From contig OZ024749.1 in the NCBI GenBank assembly GCA_964016885.1, positions 558,001 to 622,000 on the forward strand: DNA of 64,000 nucleotides, written 5' to 3'. The DNA comes from Eledone cirrhosa (Eukaryota). Positions 50,801 through 58,223 of the stretch are shown in pieces. A program made the position numbers and the translations under genes. Within the stretch, counting starts at the first letter, position 1. Each line of letters opens with the position of its first letter. Below the pieces are notes generated by a model. It did not search any database and was not told the DNA's origin. It worked only from the letters and a program-made list of their open reading frames with translations.

Positions 50801-53056
50801 TAGCTAGCCAATAATTAATGTAGCAATAAATTCTGTCACATATTGTTATTGTAAAATAAACATTGTCAACATCACAATCATGGCATTATTCTTTTCATCA
50901 AACACCCATCAAAGAATAACATTTATTCACTACAAACCCTATTCTTCCATCTTCCTGTCATATAGTATCTGTAAGATACAATACAACTTTTACTATACCG
51001 TTTTCTGTGAAACATGCATTTACCTGCTACATATATATCTAAGATGTATGATGTATATATGTCTGAATCTTGTGCAATATATGTATGTACGATGTATGAA
51101 ATATGTATGTATGTACATATGAATGATGTGTGAAGGCACATGGTTTAGTGGTTAGTGTTAGGCTCACAGTCATGAGGTTGTGAGTTCAATTCTTGGACCG
51201 AGCTGTGTATGGTGTCCTTGAGCAAGACACGTTTTTCACATTGCTCCAATTTACTCAGCAGTAGAAATAAGTTGTGACATAACTGGTGCCAAGCTGTGTC
51301 AGCCTTTACCTTTCCCATAGATAACATCGGTGGCACGGAGAGGGTAAAACTTTTTGCTGATCTTCCACAAAATCCCCTTGTACCTTAGAATGGAACTTTC
51401 TAGGTCATTTGTGACTGAAAGAGGTCTTTTATCTACGATGTATGTGTGTGAGTGTGTATATTTTGAAGTAATTATGTGTATTTTTTATGAATGTGCGATA
51501 TGTATGTATATGTGTATGTATGCAATTGTGGATGTATCTGTGTGTTATGTTTACTGTAATTAAGTTTGTCTACATTTCCTCTTACAGACAGGCTTGACAG
51601 AGATCACAAGCAGATCATCAAGGTGCACCATCAAAGTCTATATTTGATTTACTACAAACCTGGTTTATTTCATACAGGTACCAGGTAGGTATGTAGTAAA
51701 ACTCCAATGAGATTGTTCCCCCATGTTCTCTAACAGTCACATATCAACACACACTGACCTTTAACCTCAGTCAAACATGGATCCAATTCCTTTGTTTAAG
51801 CTAGCATTATCACTGTTAGATTTATGACCTTTGTTTAAGAAGGCCATCTGCTTAATGTTTCTGGGGGCTATTATATTACAAGAAATTTTGACCTAAAAAG
51901 GTGAAGTCAGTTTCTTCACTCTGCCACAGACAGTGTTTTTAGTCTCACACAGTTCAGGTAGCCACTCATGGACACACACACTCGCTAACTAGCTCTGCTC
52001 ACTCGGCACTAGCAGAGCTAGATACCAACATTAACAAAAGGTTAGTAGAATTTATTACTTCTAGATTCTACATTCACACACAATCCAACCAACTTAACAC
52101 ACCACAATTATACATATATCATCTATAAAAAGAAAACAACCTTTCCATTGTTCATTATTACTGCACAGGCGGTGGATTGGCAGTATCGGTAGAGGGTCGG
52201 ATGCCATGCTTTCCAGCATAGTTACGTCCCTTTACGATCTGAGTTCAAATCCCGCCGAGGTTGACTTTGCCTTTCATCCTTACGGGGTCGATAAAATAAA
52301 GTACCAGTAATGCACTGGGTAATTGCTGGCCGTGTGCTTAAAGTAGAAACAATTATTACTGCACAGGCAGTATCGGTGGAGGGTCAGATGCCATGCTTTG
52401 CAGCAGAGTTATGGCCCTTTATGGTCTGAGTTCAAATCCCGCCATGGTTAACTTTGCTTCTCATCCTTATGGGGTTGATAAAATGAAGCACCAGTCATGC
52501 AGTGGGGTAATTGCTGGCTTTGTGCCAAAAGTAAAAACAATTATTACTGCACAGGATTTGGGAGTAAATCCTGTAAACAATAAGAAAATATAAAACTTAG
52601 TGGTGTCTTGTTCATTTGTTTGTGATTGAGGAAAATTGTTTTTTTCAACAGCAATATCACATCACCACAACAAGTGATTACAACTACTGGCTTCATTGAT
52701 CATAGCTTCACAACAAATCTCTCGACTCACTGAGACACATGTCACTTACTAACCATGGACTTAACCAACAAACCACTCAACTTCATCTCACAACTGCTAC
52801 TACACCACCACACAACTACACACACACCCACTAAAGGTACATCATCGAAGTCTGATTACAAACCTGGTTTATTACATTTCTCATTTTTCAGCTTTTGACG
52901 AGCCAGGAGAATGCGGACAGTTTCCTTATCTAGTTCTTCCTCAGAAGTGTTGCATAGACGGACTCCTTGATTGGGACATCTCTCTTTGTAACCTTTGCAG
53001 CCTCCTAGGGGTAGTATCAACTGTGAAGCTTCCTCCAATCTCCTTTCCCCATCCAT
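10110..53056 (-). CDS. MGA: MGA-like (MAX dimerization) bHLH-zipper transcription factor with DUF4801-like Cys repeats; 12 coding exons, about 1059 aa (gene span)
   Basis: Exons 53056-52864, 44315-43762, 38671-38594, 37642-37593, 35461-35242, 32278-31982, 27439-26588, 24707-24558, 22875-22808, 18513-18399, 13876-13765 and 10600-10110 have canonical AG/GT junctions and matching phases (1,0,0,2,0,0,0,0,2,0,1); total 3180 nt with no internal stop. Splicing rebuilds CNKPG|CRYGCIC and the basic region LHMSR|ERERR. Extra phase-0 exons cannot be excluded. Confidence 0.8.
10660..12830 (-). mobile_element. piggyBac-type MITE with an internal 60-bp minisatellite expansion (about 33 units)
   Basis: Ends ctctttagcattt / aaatggtaaaggg resemble the CCCTTTAGC TIR; the body matches the unexpanded MITE at 53564-53767. 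Unit gagtaatgtaaatggtatgtgaggtaaagtctttactgtgaaaatacaatagtatatata, plus 71-bp variants. Confidence 0.88.
13205..13709 (+). mobile_element. Same piggyBac-type MITE with 6 copies of the 60-bp unit, opposite orientation
   Basis: Units atttacattactctatatatactattgtattttcatggtaaagactttatctcacatagt; right end ggtttaaatgctaaaggg-ttga. Confidence 0.88.
13765..13876 (-). CDS. MGA: MGA-like exon 11 (bHLH helix 2 and leucine zipper)
   Basis: ttttatttaccag|GCA...AAA G|gtcagt; [37 protein letters not shown], with heptad leucines. Confidence 0.85.
14169..16240 (-). mobile_element. RTE family B LINE, 5'-truncated, little decayed
   Basis: ORFs 15825-16349 and 14556-15776 ([27 protein letters not shown]...HKRC finger, FRYLG); long 3' UTR ending in (GAT)n at about 14169-14184. 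Confidence 0.95.
16277..16526 (+). mobile_element. RTE-partner non-autonomous SINE-like element with (GAT)n tail
   Basis: ggtgccacg...ggttggtgttaggaaaggcatccagctgtagaaa...aacccatgctagcgtggaaaaacggacgt(gat)n; related copies at 44446-44640, 50063-50291 and 62383-62550. Confidence 0.8.
16561..16875 (+). mobile_element. tRNA-derived SINE (octopus OR-like), degenerate
   Basis: cttgagcaagac...gttgctccagttcattcagctgtagaaatgag core; similar to 51133-51430. Confidence 0.7.
17210..17823. repeat. 41-bp minisatellite, about 15 copies, each with an internal inverted repeat
   Basis: Unit ataccataccattggtagacggtatggtgaggctacgtgtt. Confidence 0.95.
18399..18513 (-). CDS. MGA: MGA-like exon 10 (bHLH basic end, helix 1, loop, start of helix 2)
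   Basis: ttttgatcag|A GAA CGT...GAT ACA|gtaagt; [38 protein letters not shown]. Confidence 0.88.
19700..22400 (+). mobile_element. Decayed CRE-clade non-LTR retrotransposon (PHD-like finger, RT, Cys knuckle, restriction-like endonuclease)
   Basis: [12 protein letters not shown]...WRCRNC near the 5' end; [28 protein letters not shown]...[31 protein letters not shown]; [20 protein letters not shown] and [13 protein letters not shown]. Several frameshifts; visibly GC-rich. Confidence 0.85.
22509..22612 (-). mobile_element. OK-type tRNA-derived SINE fragment
   Basis: Reverse complement of gagttcaaatcccgcc...tttgccttttatccttatggggtcgataaaataaagtacc, as at 52168-52350. Confidence 0.75.
22808..22875 (-). 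CDS. MGA: MGA-like exon 9 (bHLH basic region start)
   Basis: ttttccatcag|GCC...TCT AG|gtaggt; [22 protein letters not shown](R). Not in the ORF track. Confidence 0.8.
23330..23545 (+). mobile_element. LINE RT remnant with (GAA)n tail
   Basis: Reads FTDDMVLL...[20 protein letters not shown]; the tail tgtttgaggactctgc...aagaagaag recurs at 43320-43398. Confidence 0.55.
24558..24707 (-). CDS. MGA: MGA-like exon 8
   Basis: ttttttatatag|ATT...TCT ATT|gtaagt; 150 nt, phase 0/0; [16 protein letters not shown]...YHITYNSI. Confidence 0.75.
24757..26310 (-). mobile_element. RTE family C LINE, degenerate
   Basis: [33 protein letters not shown], finger region, CCVQERRL; the 3' UTR carries the ggaagggcatcc motif. 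Confidence 0.9.
26588..27439 (-). CDS. MGA: MGA-like exon 7 (852 nt, Ser/Thr-rich)
   Basis: ttattttgtag|AAA ATA...GAA CAA|gtgagt; long open frame (ORF 26567-27421). Confidence 0.85.
27986..29385 (+). mobile_element. Internally deleted piggyBac transposon with transposase remnant
   Basis: TTAA|CCCTTTAG...CTAAAAGG|TTAA ends. Acidic N-terminus, LDYFFLF...ETNRYAQQ and [25 protein letters not shown] are typical of piggyBac transposases. Confidence 0.9.
29755..30833. mobile_element. Rearranged RTE family A fragments: minus tail 29755-29870, plus RT piece 29871-30122, plus 3' end 30330-30833
   Basis: Direct similarity to 2756-6010. A hAT-like end (aaggttgtccatgcctg) lies at about 30314-30330. Confidence 0.8.
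31982..32278 (-). CDS. MGA: MGA-like exon 6
   Basis: catatttag|AAT GTT...AAT GAG|gtaatt; 297 nt, phase 0/0; [13 protein letters not shown]...MSEAGNE. Confidence 0.75.
32335..32860 (+). mobile_element. Old RTE LINE 3' fragment
   Basis: [48 protein letters not shown]. Confidence 0.8.
33240..33640 (-). mobile_element. RTE family A 3' fragment
   Basis: Tail cttttccctgcttgcaggggtgggacgggtc and MLHGS...WAATA region. Confidence 0.85.
33644..34282 (+). mobile_element. Non-autonomous Helitron-like element
   Basis: 5' ttatatatataaaactg followed by (GT)n; internal repeats cctagggcccgcattaggtgaaaaac; 3' hairpin cccgtgcaacgctggg then CTAG|T. Confidence 0.75.
35242..35461 (-). CDS. MGA: MGA-like exon 5
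   Basis: tttctgttcttag|A ACT TAC...AAT TAT|gtaagt; phase 2 in, 0 out; [31 protein letters not shown]...KEDTENY. Not in the ORF track. Confidence 0.75.
37593..37642 (-). CDS. MGA: MGA-like exon 4 (50 nt)
   Basis: cttcttgcttcag|GCT...AAA CG|gtatac; [16 protein letters not shown](R). Weak donor, but the phase fits exon 5. Confidence 0.6.
38594..38671 (-). CDS. MGA: MGA-like exon 3 (78 nt)
   Basis: ttttctgaaaccag|CAA...CGC AAG|gtaatg; [26 protein letters not shown]. Confidence 0.65.
39079..39298. repeat. 27-bp minisatellite, about 8 copies, at the end of a SINE remnant
   Basis: Unit gccatccaagaatgtgaaccagatgta follows ctctgtaaagtggtcggtgttaaaaag. Confidence 0.9.
39603..40412. mobile_element. 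Two convergent RTE RT fragments (plus 39603-39822, minus 39823-40412)
   Basis: Plus: [10 protein letters not shown]...[20 protein letters not shown]. Minus: [10 protein letters not shown]...[10 protein letters not shown]...CPWELL. Confidence 0.85.
40867..42478 (+). mobile_element. RTE family B LINE with an internal deletion
   Basis: ORFs 40837-41439 and 41502-42080; nearly identical by eye to 14169-15630; (GAT)n tail. Confidence 0.95.
42947..43307. repeat. Foldback/MITE with ~120-bp inverted arms
   Basis: aattcaaaattcagtaagaccaagg...gatttccagtta (42947-43065) is the reverse complement of taactggaaatc...cttggtcttactgaattttgaatt (43190-43307). Confidence 0.88.
43762..44315 (-). CDS. MGA: MGA-like exon 2 (DUF4801-like Cys repeats)
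   Basis: ttggctcttctag|GT TGC CGG...CGC AAT|gttagt; [10 protein letters not shown]...[13 protein letters not shown]...[11 protein letters not shown]. Confidence 0.9.
44446..46700 (-). repeat. ~44-bp minisatellite (about 48 units) expanded inside an RTE-partner SINE
   Basis: (CAT)n tail and ttctatggctggatgc at 44446-44565, then units gacacctacatgaccactttacagtgtgggctgggtgctttttgttgt, with 2-3-mer higher-order variants. Confidence 0.93.
46714..47274. repeat. Long, nearly perfect palindrome (~270-bp arms, ~19-nt loop)
   Basis: aagtaagtccatagaatcattagataa...aaaaatgtacat is mirrored by atgtacatttttt...ttatctaatgattctatggacttactt. Confidence 0.95.
47461..47613. mobile_element. Tc1/pogo-type MITE
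   Basis: TIRs ctgtatttcccgtcctcgaaga / tcttcgacgccgggaaatacgg, inserted in a TA run. Confidence 0.8.
47680..49585 (+). mobile_element. RTE family B LINE with two in-frame internal deletions (502-aa ORF)
   Basis: ORF 47686-49194 joins [10 protein letters not shown] directly to [10 protein letters not shown] and lacks [12 protein letters not shown]; family B 3' UTR and (GAT)n tail. Confidence 0.93.
49642..50055. repeat. Inverted repeat with ~90-100-bp arms
   Basis: tatttagaaataaaaggaaag...caacgcattaaagacaatatgtcta versus tagacatattgtctttaatgcgttg...ctttccttttatttctaaata. Confidence 0.85.
50063..50291 (+). mobile_element. RTE-partner SINE-like element
   Basis: Homologous to 16277-16526; (GAT)n tail. 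Confidence 0.8.
51133..51430 (+). mobile_element. tRNA-derived SINE (OR-like)
   Basis: A-box tggtttagtgg, B-box gagttcaattc, gtgtccttgagcaagacac core. Confidence 0.8.
52168..52545 (+). mobile_element. Tandem pair of OK-type tRNA-derived SINEs
   Basis: ggcggtggattggcag...gagttcaaatcccgccgaggttgactttgcctttcatcc...ggggtcgataaaataaagtacc occurs twice; other copies at 54170-54320 and 55647-55770. Confidence 0.85.
52864..53056 (-). CDS. MGA: MGA-like exon 1 (probable start codon directly after the acceptor)
   Basis: cttcctgtttag|ATG GAT GGG...AAA CCA G|gtttgt; the phase-1 donor completes CNKPG|CRYGC with exon 2. Confidence 0.8.
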
Positions 53057-53563
53057 CTAAACAGGAAGTGATTAAAAAAACAACGTCTCTCTTTGAGAAA
53101 AGACAAAGTCTCTCTTTGAGAAAAGACAAAAGCAAATATTATCATTTTCTCAGATTCAAAGAACTTTACAAAATAGAAAGAAGATAAAATCAACCACTGT
53201 TTAACTCTTAACATCCTGTACTGCATGAAATCGTAACGTGATTTCATGTGGTATAGGATATTAAGAGAAATTCAAAACATTATTGAAAAGTATAAAACAG
53301 CACTATAACTACATCACATTAGAAATTAAAGTTTTCACTCTAAAACTGCAAATTTTCACAATATAAACATACTATGAACATTTGAATCTGTTTTTAGATA
53401 TTTTCTGCTAAAACATTACAGGATGTTGGGAGTTAAAGGTACATGTGTCTGTGGAATACTCAGCCACTTTGTATATTAATGAGTCATTCAGTTCATCAAT
53501 AGTCACCTGCTCATGCATCATACAAGTTCATCACATACAAGTGAATTACACTCAATGGCTTAA

Positions 53564-53767
53564 CCCTTTAGCCTTTATATTACTTTATATTTACTATTGT
53601 ATTTTCATAGTAAAGGCTTTATCTCACATACCGAATCTATGAGATTTTGATATTATTTATTTTGAGAAAATACCTTAACATATGTATGAGTGGCTGGTTA
53701 TGAGTGGTTTGAACAGAAAGAGGTGAGAGAATTCTGGTCGGACATGGTCGGTTTAAATGCTAAAGGC
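53564..53767 (+). mobile_element. Unexpanded 204-bp piggyBac-type MITE
   Basis: TTAA|CCCTTTAGC...GCTAAAGGC|TTAA; contains a single copy of the 60-bp unit. Confidence 0.88.
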
Positions 53768-54324
53768 TTAAACACAATTCTGTAAGTTATAAAATGGCTA
53801 CGAAGTTCACTTCACAATCATTACATCCTGGTTTCAATCCCACTGCATGACATCTTGAGCCTCATTTACCATAGCTAAGGGGCCACCCAGGCCATGTGAG
53901 TGAAATTAAGTAGATGGAGACTGTGGAAGCCCATCAAATGGATTGTACCTGTAATTTAATGGTGCAGCCTTGTCACACTTGTCAGGCTGAATCTCTCTGA
54001 GCAGTATGCTAAGGGCACAGTGTGTGGAATGCTCAGCCACTTACATGATTAATTTCATAACCAGGCTGTCGAACAACTGAAACCAAATCTATAATCAGTG
54101 AAATGTTATCAACTCAGTTTAAACACATATAACAGAAGTCACAAACTAGTCTGTATTATGTAGAGCAGACGGCAGTGGATTGGCAGAATCAGTAGAGTAT
54201 CAGACAAAATGCTTTCTGGCATTTAGTTATAGCTCTTCATGTTCCGAGTTCAAATCCTGCTGTGGTCAACTTTGCCTTCAATTCCTCTGGGGTTGATAAA
54301 ATAAAGTATCAGTAAAGTACCAAG

Positions 54325-55645
54325 TTTTTTCCATGGCGCCTACACGTCCACTCGACAGTTGGAGGGGGTGGGGGTGGTGCATATTGTCTATATGCTTCAG
54401 CTTCGGCTTGTACCCATGGGGGATCGGGTCTTCTGTATTACTGTGGGACACCAGAGGTCACGGTCTTGTGCCATCGCCTTTGAGAGGTGCAACTGAGTAA
54501 GGTCGGTTTTTATCACCTCATCCCAGGGCTTTCTTGGGTCTCCCTACTCCGCGGTTTCCATCGACTTCTATTGCTCTGCACCTTTTTATGCAGCTGTCAT
54601 CCTTCATCCGCATCACATGTCCATACCAACGCAACCGCCTCTCCTGCACACAGCATTTGATTCCTCTTATGCTTAGTCTCTCTCTCAATTCATTTATGCT
54701 TTGCCGTTCGCGTATATTACTATTACACATCCATCGGAGCATGCAAGCTTTGTTTCTTTCTAATCTACGCAAGTCTTCCACAGACAGCGTACCAGGTCTC
54801 ACTACCATGTAACATTGCTGTTCGTATACACGCATCATACAGTCTGTCTTTCATTTTGAGGGAAAAGCCTTTTGCAGCTAGCAGTGGTAGTAACTCCCTG
54901 AACTTCTTCCATCCTGTTCTCACCCTAGTTATTATACTTTCAGAACACCCACCTCCGCTGCTAATTCGGTCACCTAGGTAGCAGAAGCTGTCTACTGTTT
55001 CTACAGAGCCCTCCCAGAGTTTGGTGGTACTTGTTTCCTGTGGCTATTTGCTGTCCTAGCACAGCTGCTACATGTGAAGCCTACATTCTTAGTTAAGCTT
55101 CCTATGATCCCGCTACATCTCTTGTGTACCCATTGTTTGCATTTGGGGAAGAGAATGGAGTTCCTACTGAGCAAGGCCATTTCCTTGAGGGGATCTGGGT
55201 TCTGTTTTCTCATCTACTTACAAGGACCTTAGGTTGACTTTGACACTCTCTCTTTCTAGTCCCTGTTTCTAAGTTTGGAATTTATTCTCTAATTCTACCA
55301 TAGATTCAGCTATAAGTGCGAGGTCATCTGCATACAGGAGTTCCCATGGGCATCCGGTCTTAAACTCCTACGTTATTGCCTACAAAACTATGATGAACAG
55401 GAGAGGGCTAAGAACAGAGCCCTGGTGGACACCGACCTGTATGCTAAATTCCTCGCTATACTCATTGCTAATCCTAACTTTGCTGACTGCTCCCCTATAC
55501 ATGGCTTGTACAGCTTTCACAAGCCATTCATCTACTTCTAGTTTTGTAAGAGCCCACCAGATTATAGCACGGGGGGAACTCTGTCAAAGGCTTTCTCGAG
55601 ATCGACGAATGTCAGGTAGAGCAGCTTAGTTTTAGCTAGGTACTT
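54325..55645 (-). mobile_element. RTE family C LINE fragment
   Basis: Homologous to 24757-26310; [35 protein letters not shown]. Confidence 0.9.
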
Positions 55646-55809
55646 TTATGGTCTGAGTTCAAATCCTGCCGAGGCTAACTTTGCCTTTCATCCTTATGGG
55701 GTCGATAAAATAACATACCAGTAATACACTGGGATAATTACTGGCCTTGTGCCAAAAAGTAGAAACAATTATTTACTGATGTATGTTATATATATATATA
55801 TGTGTGTGT

Positions 55810-56085
55810 GGAGGCATGTGGCCTAGTGGTAAGAGTGTTGGACTTACGATCATAATGTCATGGGCTCGATTCCTGGGTTGCGTGTTGTGTTCTTGAGCAA
55901 GACACTTCATTTCACGTTGCTCCAGTATACTCAGCTGAAAATGAGTACCAGCAATAGCTGGAGGTTTAACCCTGCGATGGACTAGCGTCCTGTCCAGGGG
56001 GAAGTCTTGTACTCTCAGTCACTTCATGCCATGAAACTGAGATAAGCACCAGCCAAATGAGCCTTCTGGCTTAAGACAGACTTTA
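55810..56085 (+). mobile_element. tRNA-headed SINE with Meta-like core (MetaSINE-like)
   Basis: tRNA-like head ggcctagtggtaagagtg...gggctcgattcc, then aaccctgcgatggactagcgtcctgtccaggggg...cttcatgcc...gataagc. A head-only copy lies at 62575-62716 (-). Confidence 0.75.
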
Positions 56086-56114
56086 GACTTTTTATATATA
56101 TATATATATATATA

Positions 56115-57340
56115 GGAAAGTAAAAAACAACGCAGGAGTACACGTTACAAATGGTATTAGGTTCACGCTTAGTGAGAGTGGGGTGTGTGGGTGCGACGTT
56201 TCGGGCATAAACCCTTCATCGAGAGAGTGGGGAAAAAAATAAAACATGAAGTGGAAAATAAAAGTTAAAATACAAGTTGTAAAAGATGTGAGGGGTGGGG
56301 GGGGGGGTGCATGAGGGGTGGATGGAGGGGGAGGGGGAGAAGTGTCCGAGCGGGGAGGGTGGAAGGTGAGGTGTGTGTGTGTGTAGGTGTACGTGTGTGT
56401 ATGTATGCATGGATGTAAGTGTGAGAGTCTGAGGGAGAGCGGGGTTGCATGCTTGTGGGTTTTGGAAAACCATTGTGTATGTATGTTGGGGTGGAGTGTA
56501 GGTCTGTATGTGTGGATGGAAAGGGGTCAGATGGGTTGGGGGAGAGTGTGGAAAGTGTGCGGAATCTTGAGGCAGAGTGGGTGTATGTGAGGATGCGCAT
56601 AAGTGTGTGTGGTGTGGAGTTGTTGGAATGTATAGTTGCGTGTGTGCAAAAATGGTGCAAGTGTTTGTGTGTGTCTATGTTTCTGAATGGTTTTCAGTGT
56701 GTATGTAAAGTGATGGTATGGTTCCGAGTTGGAATTGCATAGATATCTGAGGGTGTAAACTCTGTGGTAGGATCCGTGGGAATGGTGAGGAGGAAGTAGT
56801 TATGAGGCACGCACAACAGGAAGATGGCAGGGCGATGTGTGAAGTGAGCAGACCAAATTGGTGAGAGGTAGTGACAGAGCTCTCAGGCAGTAGTAGCTAG
56901 CAGGTGTGTAATGGTGAGAGTGGCCTATGTGTGTGTGGTGGTGGTGGTGTTGGTAGTATGGGGAGAGAGAGGGGGAGTAGGTGCTGGGTACTGTGTATGA
57001 GTGAGTGTATATATACTGGTGTGCGCGCGTGTGAGGTAGGGTAGGTATTAGTATTATTAGATGGTGGGGCGGTCGAATATGGGTGTGGGGGACTGTTAAT
57101 GTTTTTAGTGGTGTTAGTATATGGGTTGGGGAGGGGGCGGGAGGGGACTGGTCGAAGGCTAAAGGAAGAGGGGTTGGGGAGTTCAAACCGGGGGGTGCAG
57201 GTCTGCAATGTGAAGTGGTGCATTGTTCGGCCCTAGGTTGGGTGTCCCACGGCACTCAATTAGGCCGCAGACAGTCAGGTTGAAAGCGGAGTGTCCGGCG
57301 GAGCAAAAGTGGCAGGCGATGGGGGAACTCCCGCCGAGGC
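56115..57340 (-). mobile_element. Penelope-like element 3' remnant (GIY-YIG C-terminus and pLTR region)
   Basis: The minus strand reads SSPIACHFCSAGHSAFNLTVCGLI and (frameshifted) APPGLN, typical of the PLE endonuclease end. A C/A-rich UTR and GATGAAGGG...CCCGAAACGTC follow. Confidence 0.7.
56195..56222 (-). ncRNA. Minimal hammerhead-ribozyme-like motif (variant core)
   Basis: TCGATGA-A-GGGT-TTAT-GCCC-GAAAC-GTC. The core has UCGAUGA instead of CUGAUGA, and stem I is not evident. Confidence 0.5.
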
Positions 57341-57349
57341 ATATATATA

Positions 57350-57530
57350 CAGGTAAAATTCAGTTATAACAAATATTATTATAAGGAATTTTTCAGTATA
57401 ACAAAATTTTTTTCAATCCCCAAGGTAATAAACAAAAGTTCAATTTGTTTCATTCGATCTCGTTATAAAGAATTATTTGTTACGATTTTTTTTTATAACC
57501 CATGAATTTTGTTATAACAGAATTTCACTG
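57350..57530. mobile_element. Tc1/mariner (Tigger-like) MITE
   Basis: TA|caggtaaaattcagttataacaaa...tttgttataacagaatttcactg|TA. Confidence 0.8.
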
Positions 57531-58223
57531 TATCTATACACACACACACACACTTATATATGTATACAGACCAGTTGTTTGCTGCTACATGTGACAGCAA
57601 ATACTGTCACACATCACCATGGAAGACACACGGTTGTCACATGTCACAAGGATGATACACTGCCATACACTTTATGACATAAGGAACAAGACATGTAAAC
57701 AGCGTCAAAATGGTGCATTATGAGATAAAATTGCTGCTTCTGTGATAGTATGATTATATTACAGCATGTGATGCACAAATACAAGATTGATACAGACAGT
57801 GAATTATAACTAAAGTAGTGCAAATTATCAATAGATATGTGAGCAAGATGTGGCTCTAAAGCTACTGTTGGAGGAAAGTGATGTCAAAGTATAAGTAAAG
57901 TGTGTCAGAGTTTATAAGGTAGAGAAATCTTTAAAATATATTGCTTTAAAAAATCTGTACTCCATCATAACTGCATAGTTTCTCATCTATTTCTCACACA
58001 AACAATATGATCTGTCAAAAATATCCGAAAATTTCTATTTAGAATTCCTGGTCCTGGCATTCGCGCCCCTGGTTATTCGGTGAATTTTCCTTAGAATAAT
58101 AATTGTTTGCGGAAACCACCGCATATTCATGGAATTGTAAATATCTTCTGCAATTTTTTTATGGCTTTTTTTGCGGCAATATATATTTTTTCACACTTTT
58201 TAACACTAAATTATTACTAACAA

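Noticed and set aside
51133-51200. tRNA gene
   Set aside because: A/B boxes are present but continue into a SINE body with no complete cloverleaf. The same applies at 52168, 55810 and 62640-62716.
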